Shown here: positions 35,152-44,667 of the stretch, piece by piece | How the letters are laid out: each line of letters opens with the position of its first letter | How positions within the stretch are numbered: position 1 is the stretch's first letter | IMG/VR virus record: IMGVR_UViG_3300044453_000313 | Coordinates: 1 to 53,823 of that record | Length of the DNA stretch: 53,823 nucleotides | Reading direction: 5' to 3' (one strand) | DNA from: a virus | Taxonomy: Duplodnaviria; Caudoviricetes | Notes under the pieces: generated by a model | Database searches by the model: none | The model's input: only the letters and a program-made list of their open reading frames with translations | Told to the model about the DNA's origin: nothing | Position numbers and translations under genes: made by a program

Positions 35152-35571
35152 ATGGCGGGATTGCTCGATATTGCACCGGTCACCGACACGGTGCCGGTAA
35201 ACGGCACGGACGTCGCTGTCGGAGGTGTTTCCGCAAAGGGTATAGTCACCCTGTTCCTGCGGTTTCCGGAATTGCGCAAGGTCGTGACCGGCATGGAGGT
35301 TTCCAGAGAGCGCTGGTTTGAAATCGGCGCCGACGCGATCGCGGCCATCATTGCCGCCGGATGCGGCGCCCCTGGCGATCCGGAGCACGAGGCGGTTGCG
35401 GCGAGCCTGCCGGCGGAATCGCAGATCGATCTTATTCAGGCGATTTTGAGGGTGACGATGCCGGGTGGCCTCGGCCCTTTTATGGAAAAGCTGACGGCCC
35501 TCGCAAAGGTCGCCGGCGGTCTATCAAATACGGCGCAGGCTACGAAATCGCGCAAGCCGTCGAAGAGCTGA
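35152..35571 (+). CDS. Tail assembly chaperone (gpG-like)
   Basis: AGGAGG RBS; located between tube and tape measure; contains a slippery heptamer. Confidence 0.75.
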   Translation: MAGLLDIAPVTDTVPVNGTDVAVGGVSAKGIVTLFLRFPELRKVVTGMEVSRERWFEIGADAIAAIIAAGCGAPGDPEHEAVAASLPAESQIDLIQAILRVTMPGGLGPFMEKLTALAKVAGGLSNTAQATKSRKPSKS

Positions 35572-35756
35572 TTTCCTGCGGGCATTCGCCGGCGGATGTC
35601 TGGGATTACACGCCCCGGCAGATCGTCGGGTTTCTGAATTTCGCCTCCATCCGCAAGCGGAAAGAACGGGCGGCGCTTCTTTCCATGACCTTCAACGGCG
35701 CCCGCGCGAAGCCGCAGGACGTCAACAAGCAACTGAAGGAACTGCAGAAGGACTAG
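35475..35756 (+). CDS. Tail chaperone -1 frameshift extension (gpGT-like)
   Basis: In-frame C CCT TTT at 35475-35481; -1 frame open to 35756 (GHSPADVWDYTPRQ). Confidence 0.65.
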   Translation, partial: PFYGKADGPRKGRRRSIKYGAGYEIAQAVEELISCGHSPADVWDYTPRQIVGFLNFASIRKRKERAALLSMTFNGARAKPQDVNKQLKELQKD

Positions 35757-35758
35757 CC

Positions 35759-36424
35759 ATGGCCCGTCAATTGAAGATTGCCCTGACACAGATCAGCGAG
35801 GGTTTTGATGCGGCGATGCGGGAAAAGTACCGGCCGCTTGCCGAGGCCGGGCAGGAAACGATTCAGGAAGTCAGCGACCGTATCAAGACGGCTGGCCGGG
35901 CGCATATTGCCGGGGCGGGGTTTTCCATTCGCTGGCAGAACGCACTCCGCGGGGAAGTCTATCCCAAGCGGAAGTCCTCGCTGAACGCGGCGGTGCTGAT
36001 CTATCACAAGATTCCCTATGCCGACATTTTCGAAAGCGGCGGCACGATCCGCGGCAAGCCGACCATGTTCGTGCCGCTGTCCACGACCCCGCGCAAGCTC
36101 AAGGGCAAGGCGTTGACGGCTGACCGGTACCGCCGCGAAGTCGGCCCGCTGACCCTGATCAACCGGCCCGGTAAAAAGCCGATCCTGGCAGCACAAATGG
36201 CTGTCAGCGAACGGCAGGCACGGCGCGGGGAAACGGGAAAGGTCACGGTGCCCAAGCTCCGCAAGGGGGCGGCGCAGTCGGGTATCGTCCGGGCTGTTCC
36301 GCTGTTCGTCGGCGTCGATAGCGTGACCCTGAAAAAGCGGCTTTCGCTGACTGAAGTCATCGACGGCGAGGTCAACGCGATCGAGCGGATTTTCACGGAA
36401 AAGGTATCGAAAAAGGACCTTTGA
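35759..36424 (+). CDS. Basic tail completion/neck protein (gpZ-like)
   Basis: Basic; IFESGGTIRGK; VPLFV. Confidence 0.55.
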   Translation: MARQLKIALTQISEGFDAAMREKYRPLAEAGQETIQEVSDRIKTAGRAHIAGAGFSIRWQNALRGEVYPKRKSSLNAAVLIYHKIPYADIFESGGTIRGKPTMFVPLSTTPRKLKGKALTADRYRREVGPLTLINRPGKKPILAAQMAVSERQARRGETGKVTVPKLRKGAAQSGIVRAVPLFVGVDSVTLKKRLSLTEVIDGEVNAIERIFTEKVSKKDL

Positions 36425-36550
36425 CGCGTCCCGAGCTTGAACAGCAGGCCCGGCTTCTTTTCGCCGCCGCAAGCAGTACGGCCAAGGCCAAGGCCGCAGG
36501 CAGAAACCTCTTCATTCTCAACCTCCGGCCGAACCTTACGGAAACCCCAA

Positions 36551-39500
36551 ATGGCACGCAAGACGATCAAGCAGCGCATCGCGCTGGACGGCGGCAAGGA
36601 GATCCGGCGCGAGTTCGAGGAACTCGGCGACGCCGGCGCGAAGGCCTTCAAGCTGTTGCAGCAGGCGGCCGACGAACTGAAGGGGCCGTCCTCGGCGTTC
36701 CTGAAATCGCTCGATCAGGCGCAGAAGCGCCTGGCGGAGGCCGGCAAGCAGTTCCGCACCATCGGCAAGGACCTGCAGGATGTCGGCCGGTCGTTCTCGA
36801 CCCGCGTGACGCTGCCGATCGCCGGCGCAGGCGCTGCGGTGCTGAAACTGGCGGGCGACTTCGAGGCCGGCATGAACCGGGTCGGGGCCGCGAGCCGGGC
36901 GTCCGCGGCCGAAATCAACGAGGCGCGCGAGCAGGCGCTGAAGCTCGGTCAGGACACGCCGTTTTCCGCCCGGCAGGCTGCCGAGGCCATGGAAGTGCTG
37001 ATCAAGAACGGCCTCGACATGGCGCAGGTGCTTGGCGGCGCGACCGACGCATCGCTGGCGCTTGCCGGGGCGACCGGCTCCGAACTGGCAAGCGCGGCCG
37101 ATGTCGCGACCGACGTGCTGCAATCCTTCAGCAAGCAGGTCGGCGACCTCAAGCCCGCCGTCGACCAGATCACCGGCACCCTGCTGGCGTCCAAGTTCGG
37201 CTTTGACGACTACCGGCTCGCTCTCGGGCAGGCGGGCGGTGTCGCCGGGGGGCTTGGCGTCGAGTTCGAGGACTTCAACGCCGTCCTGGCCGCGACCTCC
37301 AATCTGTTCTCGTCCGGCTCCGACGCCGGCACCAGCTTCAAGACCTTCCTGACCCGGTTGACGCCGACCTCCAAACAGGCGGCGGCGGCGATCGAGGAAT
37401 ACGGCCTAGAGTTCTTCGACGCGGCCGGAAACATGCGGTCGATGGGCGAGGTGGCGGAGGAACTGCGCACCAAGCTCGGGCAGCTTTCCGAAGAACGGCT
37501 GAACGACGTCCTGAAGACGATTTTCGGGGTCGACGCTCTGCGCACGGCTATCGGCCTGATGCGGCAGGGCGCCGACGGCGTCGAGCGGCTGCGCTCGGCA
37601 ATCGCGCAGGGCAATGCCGAGGAACAGGCCGCCGCCCGCCTGCAGGGCCTGAACGGTGCGCTTGAGCAGTTGAGCAGCGCGGTGGAAACCCTGTCGATCC
37701 GGATCGCCGAAGCCGGCCTGATCGATGTCGTCACCGACCTGGTGAAGGGCTTCACCGATTTCGTGAAGGAACTGTCGACGACGAGCCCGGAAATGCTCGC
37801 CTTCGCGACGAAACTTGCAGTCGTCGCCGCCGCCATCGGCCCGGTGCTGATCGGCCTCGGCCTGATGGCAAGCGGCGTTTCCGCCCTGCTGACGCCGGTC
37901 CGCCTCGCGATCAACGGGTTCATCGCGCTCGCCGCCAAAATAGGCGTGTTCAAGGCCGCGCTTGTTTCAACCGGCCTGGGTGCGGTTATCGTGGGGATCG
38001 GCGCGGGGATCGGCTATTGGGCCACCTATGTCAGCGACGCGACGGCCGCGCTGCGCCTGCACGAGGGCGTCGTCGGCGATGTCGAGGACGCCTACCGCAA
38101 GGCAGGTTTTGAAGTCGCCAAGATGACGCAGGAGGTCCGCGACCGCCTGACGCTTGAGGCGCGTGAATCGCTGACAAAATTGCGGGACGCCTTCAAGACG
38201 ACTTTCGAGGACGTGTCGCAGCGACTTTTTGAGTTGCGGCGGCAAGAAGGTGTCGGCCCGCTGGTGCAGGACTTTATTGATGGAAAGTCGAGTGTCGAGG
38301 ACTTTGCCGCAGCGCTTACGAAGATCGGGCTGAATAATCCCGAACTTCAAAAGGGTATTCTCCAGATACTTGAGATCACAAAGCCCCTCGAAGACCTTTC
38401 GGCCAAGATCAACAGGAACAGCGACGAACTCGCCCTTCTGGAAGGGCATATGTCGGACGCCGCCTATCAGGCGAAATACTACGCGGACGAACAGCGCGCG
38501 CTTGCGCGGGCGAGCGAGGACGCGGGAAAGAAGGTCACCGAAACGGCGCAGGCCGTGGAAAAGCTCGGCCAGTCGATCACGGTGCATTCCGGCAAGGGCG
38601 GGGACAGCGTCAAGCGGGTCTATGACCTGGTGGACGGTGTCGCCAAGGCGACCGAGGACAGCAAGGCGAGCCTTGAGGACGTTTCGGCGAGCGCCGAGAA
38701 GGCCGGCGAGAAGGTCGGCAGGGTCAAGGACGACATCACCGCGCTAATGGTGTCGGTGCCGGAGGAACTGCGCGGCCAGCAGACCCCGGCCGACGTGCTG
38801 ACCGAAGGCCTGGACGGTGCCAAGCAGCAACTGACCGAAACGCTTTCCACCATCCCGGCGGAAGCCAAGACGGCGGTGGACGGCCTGGTCGCGGAGGTCG
38901 GCCGGGTTCAGCCGGCGGTCGCGGCTGCCATCGGCGGCGGCGCGGACGCGGCGCAGGGTGCGGGCGGCGGCACCGCCGCAAGCGGCATTGCCGAGGCACT
39001 GACGCGGCCCTTCGAGGACGCCCGCGCCCGGATCGCGGCAGCGCTTGCCGAAATCGCGCCGGTGATCGTCAACACCTTCGCTGCCGTGAATGCCGCCGCG
39101 AGCGAGCAGGGCGCAAGCCTCGGCGATGCCCTGGTCGCTCCATTCGATATCGCCGCAGCGCGGATCGCGGCGATTCTTGAGCGCATGGTTTCCGCCGTGA
39201 AAGCCAATTTTCAGGACGTGTTGTCCGCTGTCCGGTCGCTGACATCGCAGCTTCAGGCGGCGGTGTCGCAACTGGAAAGCCTGGCACGGCGGGCAGAAGC
39301 CGCGGCGGCGCGCGCGCAGGCCGCAAGTGCCAGCGCATCGGGCCGGGCAAATGGCGGGCCGGTCGGAAACGGCGGCGGCGGTTTTGCCGGCGGCGGCAAG
39401 GTATCCGGCCCCGGCACCGGCACCAGCGATTCCATTCTCTCCTGGCTGTCGGACGGCGAATTTGTGCTGCGGGCGCGGGCGGTGCGCAAGTACGGCCTCG

Positions 39501-39811
39501 GTCTGCTTTACGCCCTGAACAACATGCAGTTGCCAAAGGACTTCTTCAAGGGGTTCGCGGGCGGCGGTCATGTCGACCTTTCCGGCATCGTGTCCGGCCT
39601 GACGACCGGCATGCGGGTGCCTTCACGAATCCCGGCGCTTGCCGGCGGCGGACCGGCGCCGTCCTCCGGCGGGCGTCCGCTGACGCTGGTCCTGGACGGG
39701 CAGCGGTATGAACTGTTGGCCCCGGAGGACACGGCAGACAGCCTGGCGAAACATGCCAGCCGGCAAAGGCTGCGCGTCGCGGGCAAGGCACCAAGCTGGA
39801 GCACATCCTAA
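36551..39811 (+). CDS. Tape measure protein
   Basis: Long Ala-rich helical protein; DFEAGMNRV, TPFSA.QAA, AGTSFKT; C-terminal GPGTGTSDSI..WLSDGEFV. Confidence 0.93.
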   Translation: MARKTIKQRIALDGGKEIRREFEELGDAGAKAFKLLQQAADELKGPSSAFLKSLDQAQKRLAEAGKQFRTIGKDLQDVGRSFSTRVTLPIAGAGAAVLKLAGDFEAGMNRVGAASRASAAEINEAREQALKLGQDTPFSARQAAEAMEVLIKNGLDMAQVLGGATDASLALAGATGSELASAADVATDVLQSFSKQVGDLKPAVDQITGTLLASKFGFDDYRLALGQAGGVAGGLGVEFEDFNAVLAATSNLFSSGSDAGTSFKTFLTRLTPTSKQAAAAIEEYGLEFFDAAGNMRSMGEVAEELRTKLGQLSEERLNDVLKTIFGVDALRTAIGLMRQGADGVERLRSAIAQGNAEEQAAARLQGLNGALEQLSSAVETLSIRIAEAGLIDVVTDLVKGFTDFVKELSTTSPEMLAFATKLAVVAAAIGPVLIGLGLMASGVSALLTPVRLAINGFIALAAKIGVFKAALVSTGLGAVIVGIGAGIGYWATYVSDATAALRLHEGVVGDVEDAYRKAGFEVAKMTQEVRDRLTLEARESLTKLRDAFKTTFEDVSQRLFELRRQEGVGPLVQDFIDGKSSVEDFAAALTKIGLNNPELQKGILQILEITKPLEDLSAKINRNSDELALLEGHMSDAAYQAKYYADEQRALARASEDAGKKVTETAQAVEKLGQSITVHSGKGGDSVKRVYDLVDGVAKATEDSKASLEDVSASAEKAGEKVGRVKDDITALMVSVPEELRGQQTPADVLTEGLDGAKQQLTETLSTIPAEAKTAVDGLVAEVGRVQPAVAAAIGGGADAAQGAGGGTAASGIAEALTRPFEDARARIAAALAEIAPVIVNTFAAVNAAASEQGASLGDALVAPFDIAAARIAAILERMVSAVKANFQDVLSAVRSLTSQLQAAVSQLESLARRAEAAAARAQAASASASGRANGGPVGNGGGGFAGGGKVSGPGTGTSDSILSWLSDGEFVLRARAVRKYGLGLLYALNNMQLPKDFFKGFAGGGHVDLSGIVSGLTTGMRVPSRIPALAGGGPAPSSGGRPLTLVLDGQRYELLAPEDTADSLAKHASRQRLRVAGKAPSWSTS

Positions 39812-40243
39812 ATGGCGGGCGAAACCCTACTCGCGATGACCGGCAACGGGATCGCGCCCTATTCGGCGCGCGGTCTCGAACAGACCCTGCAGCCGATCGC
39901 GGCTGCGGGCGACCTGCAACGGACGATCAACGGAGACCTGAAAGACCTCTCCGAACCGCAACTGCGTAAATACACGTCGACGATTACCGGATCCGATCAC
40001 CTGTCGCCGGCGGTCTGCGGCATCTGGCCGGGAACGCTGGTGACGGTCGATTGCGTCGCCGAGCTTGCCTATCCGACCGCGACCGGATCGCCGGGGCGGC
40101 CGGTGGTTGCCGGATCCTCGCGCGTCGAGGGGGCCTATACCTATTACCGGCCGCAACTGACGATGATGGTCGTTGACTGGAACCTGCGCGAGGACGAGTG
40201 GGGCCGGCAGGTTGCCTGGTCGATGGAACTGGAAGAAGTATGA
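39812..40243 (+). CDS. Distal tail protein-like
   Basis: Follows the TMP; RTINGDL, C-terminal WSMELEEV. Confidence 0.6.
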   Translation: MAGETLLAMTGNGIAPYSARGLEQTLQPIAAAGDLQRTINGDLKDLSEPQLRKYTSTITGSDHLSPAVCGIWPGTLVTVDCVAELAYPTATGSPGRPVVAGSSRVEGAYTYYRPQLTMMVVDWNLREDEWGRQVAWSMELEEV

Positions 40244-42003
40244 CGACCTTCTATTTCGCATGGGTAGATCAGGAGGATGACACGTTTTCCGGTGCCTTCC
40301 TGCGGGAAGACGAGGACGTGTTTTCCTTTGAACTGGCGCACAACGAGGGCGGATTCTGCGCGCTGACGCTGTTGATCCGGAACCCGAACAAGGGCCTGCT
40401 GAACCCGTCGCGCAAGCAATGGGCCTGGTTCTCGGTCGACCTCGGCGACACGGCCGGCGGGCAGCCGCTGTTCTTCGGCCGGCTGGTCGGCATGCCGGAA
40501 ACGCTCGTCCGGCAGACCGTCCGCCTGACCTTTCACGCCCGCCCGCCCGATTATGCGGCGCGCAAGGAAACGGCGGCGGCGGCGCTGCGCGTCGCGCCCT
40601 ATTGGGATCCGGTGTGGATCACGCCGGACCTTGCCGGCGATCCCGACGCCGTCCTGGAAAGCCGCTCGGCGCTCTGGCATATCGACAGGGTCACCCATGC
40701 GGTGACCGTGTCCGACATCCTGGAGGGCGAGGACGGGCTTATCGACCTCGGCGACGACGTCATCCGCAATTCGATCGAACTGAATTTCGGCGACATTCCC
40801 GCCACCAAGATAACCTGCACCGCGACGGTCGGATGGGATCAGGCCGCCCTTGGCAGCTATGATCTGAAACCGGCGCTGCTCGCCGCAGCCAAGGCGGCCG
40901 GCACCACGACGCCGGGCACGATTTCCTCCTTTACCGGTCACGGGCTGATGCTGGACTGGCCGACGGAAGGGGCGCGCATCGGCGGCGGCTGGAGCTTCGG
41001 CGAGTGTTCGATCCGCCGCGCAGACGGTGTCAGTGTGCCGACGGACTACGTCACGCAGGTCCTGTCGTCCAATAACGGCTGGTTCGGCGCCAACACGGCG
41101 GAGTGGCCGTGCTGGAAGATGATCCCGACCTACAATGTCGCCTATGACGTGACGCGGCGGCGGACCGAGGTGCTGCGCTTCACCTTGACGGCGGACACGC
41201 AGGCTTTCATCGCGGATCCGGACGACATGGAACCGCTCAACCTGACGCTGTCCTCCGACCTCGTCGGCGAGCCTGTCGACGCCGAAGAGGCGCTGCCGAT
41301 CGGCTCACGGCTGCGCCGGGCCTATTTCTCGACCGAGCGCGGCCGGCAATCGGTCGAATACCTGGTTACCGTCTGCCGGGCGCGTCTGCGTGCCCGCGCC
41401 CGCGCGGTCCAGATCCGGGGCGTCACCAGCCTGGCAAACGGCGTCGATTTCTCCTGCCGCAAGTCGCTGCGCGTCGAGGACGCCCGCCTGCCTGGCGGCG
41501 CGGCGACCGGAAAGATCATTTCCTATGCGCTTGCGCTTGACGGCAACACCGGCAGGGCGACCGCGTCCTTTGTCATCGGCTGCGCCGTCGGCAAGGGCAA
41601 CGCCATTTCGGAGGCCGTCGGCGCGCCGACCTATGCCGAGGACGGCTATGCGGAAACCGGCTGGCAGCGCTACGCCGGCGCTTCGGCCGAAGTCGTTTCC
41701 GGCGAGGTCACGGTGTTCGACTATTCCGACATCCTGCCCGACGACGACGGGCTGGACTTCACACAGCTTACGCAGGAACAGGTCCTGCAGAGCCTGACCG
41801 TGATCAACGGGGAAACCGCGCAGCGCGCCCTGATCGGCGCTTTCGGCGCGACGGTCGACGAGACGGGCAACGCGCTCGATCAGGCCTACACCGAGGTAGA
41901 CCTCTACCTGCACCCGATTTCCAAGGGTCCGTTTGAAACCGTCTATGACATTACGGTGAGCGACCTTGCCCTGCCAAAGACTATCGACCTGGAAGCGGCT
42001 TAA
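40240..42003 (+). CDS. Tail tip/hub protein
   Basis: ATGA-coupled, 587 aa, position in the tail module. Confidence 0.6.
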   Translation: MTTFYFAWVDQEDDTFSGAFLREDEDVFSFELAHNEGGFCALTLLIRNPNKGLLNPSRKQWAWFSVDLGDTAGGQPLFFGRLVGMPETLVRQTVRLTFHARPPDYAARKETAAAALRVAPYWDPVWITPDLAGDPDAVLESRSALWHIDRVTHAVTVSDILEGEDGLIDLGDDVIRNSIELNFGDIPATKITCTATVGWDQAALGSYDLKPALLAAAKAAGTTTPGTISSFTGHGLMLDWPTEGARIGGGWSFGECSIRRADGVSVPTDYVTQVLSSNNGWFGANTAEWPCWKMIPTYNVAYDVTRRRTEVLRFTLTADTQAFIADPDDMEPLNLTLSSDLVGEPVDAEEALPIGSRLRRAYFSTERGRQSVEYLVTVCRARLRARARAVQIRGVTSLANGVDFSCRKSLRVEDARLPGGAATGKIISYALALDGNTGRATASFVIGCAVGKGNAISEAVGAPTYAEDGYAETGWQRYAGASAEVVSGEVTVFDYSDILPDDDGLDFTQLTQEQVLQSLTVINGETAQRALIGAFGATVDETGNALDQAYTEVDLYLHPISKGPFETVYDITVSDLALPKTIDLEAA

Positions 42004-42015
42004 GGATCCCGGCAC

Positions 42016-42420
42016 ATGGCACAATACACACCTTTCGGTCCGTCCTATCCCTGGTCGGTGCCCTGGGCGGGCAACGGCGAGCGGTTTCTCGCCGACCTGC
42101 TTGCCCGCAAGCCGAAGGAAGACGACACCGCCGAGGCGCATGCGCGCCACGGCAAGCCGTCGCGGTTTGACGTCGTGCTGCGCGGCGAGGTGTTCGCGCC
42201 GCGCATCAACATCGTCAACTGGCCGGACTATCCCGGCGGCGAGGACGAGCCCGAACAGCCGGTCAAGGACTGGGTGGAAATCGCCGGCACGCGCAAGACG
42301 TCGGAAGAGCGCATCGAGAACCCGGACGACGACCAGCAATATGTCATCGTCGAGCGCACGGAACAGGCCGTGTTCCGCACCAATTCCGGCGACATCGTCC
42401 GCATGACGTTCGCGAACTAG
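42016..42420 (+). CDS. Putative tail protein
   Basis: RIENPDDDQQYVIVER motif; position. Confidence 0.55.
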   Translation: MAQYTPFGPSYPWSVPWAGNGERFLADLLARKPKEDDTAEAHARHGKPSRFDVVLRGEVFAPRINIVNWPDYPGGEDEPEQPVKDWVEIAGTRKTSEERIENPDDDQQYVIVERTEQAVFRTNSGDIVRMTFAN

Positions 42421-42430
42421 GGGAGGGGCG

Positions 42431-43237
42431 ATGTCCGGCAGTGAGGCAGATCCTGTCCGCCTTGATCCCTTCACGCGGATAACGGAGGTCGGCTGGAACA
42501 TCTGGACGCATCTTTGCTTTGAAATCCAGATCAGCGTCGTCAACGGGGGATCGGTTTCCAACGTCCCGACCGATCCGAAGCCGGGACCGCCGGGATATAT
42601 TCCCATTCCGGAAGCGGATTACAACGCAGAAAACGGGTTCCTGGTCATCGGCAGAGACGCAAATCAGGAATATGCGACGGGATACTCCGAAACGACGATC
42701 GATTGGGGCGCTGAAGTCACCACGATTTACGGCTGGAAAAAGACCAACAGCGTCGAGGAAGAGGACAACTGGACGACGATAAACTCGGGATTCGAGATCG
42801 TCGGCGGCCTGCCCTCGATCGGGCAGACAGGGGGCTATGCCATCAATGAGGCCGGAGGTGTCTGTCAGGCGCTCGGGTTCGGTCCTTTCCCCCAAAGCGG
42901 TTTCGACGAAACGCAGACGCCCGAGGAAGATCTTGAAGGGATGTATATCCCGAACGATCCCTCCAAGCCGTTCAACTGGGGGCCGTCGCAATCCTGGAAG
43001 CTCGGCACGAGCGGCCGCTATGACGGCGACTTCTTCTGGGGTGGCTATGCCTCGACGGCCTACGATTGGGGATCCTATCACCACAAGGAAATCAACTACT
43101 ACATCGACGCCACGATCGACGGCACGGCCATAACGGTCAAATACAAGGGGCAGACATTCAGGGGCATCGGCTTCCGCGCAACCGGATTCACCAAGGGCTT
43201 TCTGCTTCTCAAACGCGTAAACCTTCCGGAAGAGTGA
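42431..43237 (+). CDS. Putative tail protein
   Basis: RLDPFTRITEVGW N-terminus; Gly/aromatic-rich. Confidence 0.55.
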   Translation: MSGSEADPVRLDPFTRITEVGWNIWTHLCFEIQISVVNGGSVSNVPTDPKPGPPGYIPIPEADYNAENGFLVIGRDANQEYATGYSETTIDWGAEVTTIYGWKKTNSVEEEDNWTTINSGFEIVGGLPSIGQTGGYAINEAGGVCQALGFGPFPQSGFDETQTPEEDLEGMYIPNDPSKPFNWGPSQSWKLGTSGRYDGDFFWGGYASTAYDWGSYHHKEINYYIDATIDGTAITVKYKGQTFRGIGFRATGFTKGFLLLKRVNLPEE

Positions 43238-43241
43238 TCAC

Positions 43242-43814
43242 ATGATAATCTATCGCGGCACTGGTGCCTGGGGCGCGGGCAAGGGGTCGAACCTCACACC
43301 GCCCGAAATCGACGGCAATTTCTGGGAGCTTGTTCAGCGCCTGACCGCGCTGGAATCCGATCCGCCGTCACCCGATGAAATCGACAACATCACCCAGAAC
43401 GGCGACACGATTACCGTGCATATGCAGAGCGGCGCCACCTTCGGCCCGTTCACCCTGCCGCGTCCGGTGTTCCGGCCGACGGTCGGCGTCGACATCACCG
43501 TCTCGACCTATACCCCGACGACGGCGAATACAGGCTATTACCACAATTGCACGCATGCGGCAGGCTGCGCGGTGACCATTCCGCCGAACTCGGCGGCGCC
43601 GTTCCTGGTGGACGCGGAAATGCATTGGCGGCAGGGCGCGGCTAACGCCATCAGCTTCACCGCCGGGGCGGGCGTTACGCTGCGGGGGATTGACGGCTAC
43701 CTGCTCCAGTCGGCCGCGCAAGGGGCAGTGATCACCGCCAAATGCCGGGGCGACGACATCTGGGATCTCTTCGGCATGTTTGCCGAGGACACGACCACGG
43801 GGACGGCCGGCTGA
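43242..43814 (+). CDS. Tail fibre/adaptor-like protein
   Basis: KGSNLT..EIDGNF N-terminus; VTIPPN...WDLFG domain. Confidence 0.55.
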   Translation: MIIYRGTGAWGAGKGSNLTPPEIDGNFWELVQRLTALESDPPSPDEIDNITQNGDTITVHMQSGATFGPFTLPRPVFRPTVGVDITVSTYTPTTANTGYYHNCTHAAGCAVTIPPNSAAPFLVDAEMHWRQGAANAISFTAGAGVTLRGIDGYLLQSAAQGAVITAKCRGDDIWDLFGMFAEDTTTGTAG

Positions 43815-44521
43815 TGTATGGCGCAGTTGCTTCCATGCTGTTGCTGCAACAGGGCGGTTATATGCCGGTCGGCGGCGACGCGCTCGCCTATGCGGATTTC
43901 GTCGAAGGCATCTATGAACTGGACGGTGCCGCCTCGACGCTGGAGGACATGTTTTCCGGCACCGACCCGGGCGGGTTCTCCGGCAGCGGAATGAAGGTCG
44001 CCTTTGCCAACTCGAACCGGCCGGCCGCAACCGCGGCACTGAGGACGATCATCGGCGACGGCCTGGCCGGCGGCATCACGCTGCTCTTTGAAATGCAGAT
44101 GGCGACGGCAGCGGCCGGCGGGCCGCTGATGGGCGTCAACGATCCGGATTACACCGAGGCAATCGAGGTCAATTCGCAGCCCGGGGCGTCCGATTATGGC
44201 GACCTGAATTTCGGCACCAACACGCTCTCGCTGAACAAGCCGGGGACGAACCGCTACGCCTTCACCCTGTCGCGCGACCTGGGCGGCGGCTCCTACCGCA
44301 ACGCAGTCTCTGTCAACGGGTCGGCGATCGTCACAAACATCGCCCATTATCAGAACCTGACCTACCCCCTGGCGGACCGGTTCATCACGCCCGGGATTGC
44401 CGCCGTGACGCTCGGCGAGATTGCCGATTGGGGTTACCAGAACGAAAACGAGTTCTTCCGCAAGTTCGCGGTTTACGGGCCAATGACCGATTCCGAACTC
44501 GTCACACTCAGCAGTCTTTGA
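43814..44521 (+). CDS. Putative virion protein with lectin/LamG-like C-terminus
   Basis: TGATG-coupled; AVSVNGS...VY..MTDSEL..LS ending. Confidence 0.5.
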   Translation: MYGAVASMLLLQQGGYMPVGGDALAYADFVEGIYELDGAASTLEDMFSGTDPGGFSGSGMKVAFANSNRPAATAALRTIIGDGLAGGITLLFEMQMATAAAGGPLMGVNDPDYTEAIEVNSQPGASDYGDLNFGTNTLSLNKPGTNRYAFTLSRDLGGGSYRNAVSVNGSAIVTNIAHYQNLTYPLADRFITPGIAAVTLGEIADWGYQNENEFFRKFAVYGPMTDSELVTLSSL

Positions 44522-44667
44522 TCTGTCTTCACGCTGTCGCGGCGTTGCCGCTGCGCTTCAGCCAAGACCTGGTTCCCGGGCGCGCAAACGTGCGCGGCGG
44601 GCTTGCCCTTGCGGCCTTCGGCCGTTCAACGCCCTTCTCACGACATCCGAAACAGGAGTGGACAGTC

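Noticed and set aside
36421-36550. Extra gene or N-terminal extension before the tape measure
   Set aside because: Only TTG starts with weak support; ATG 36551 gives a typical TMP N-terminus
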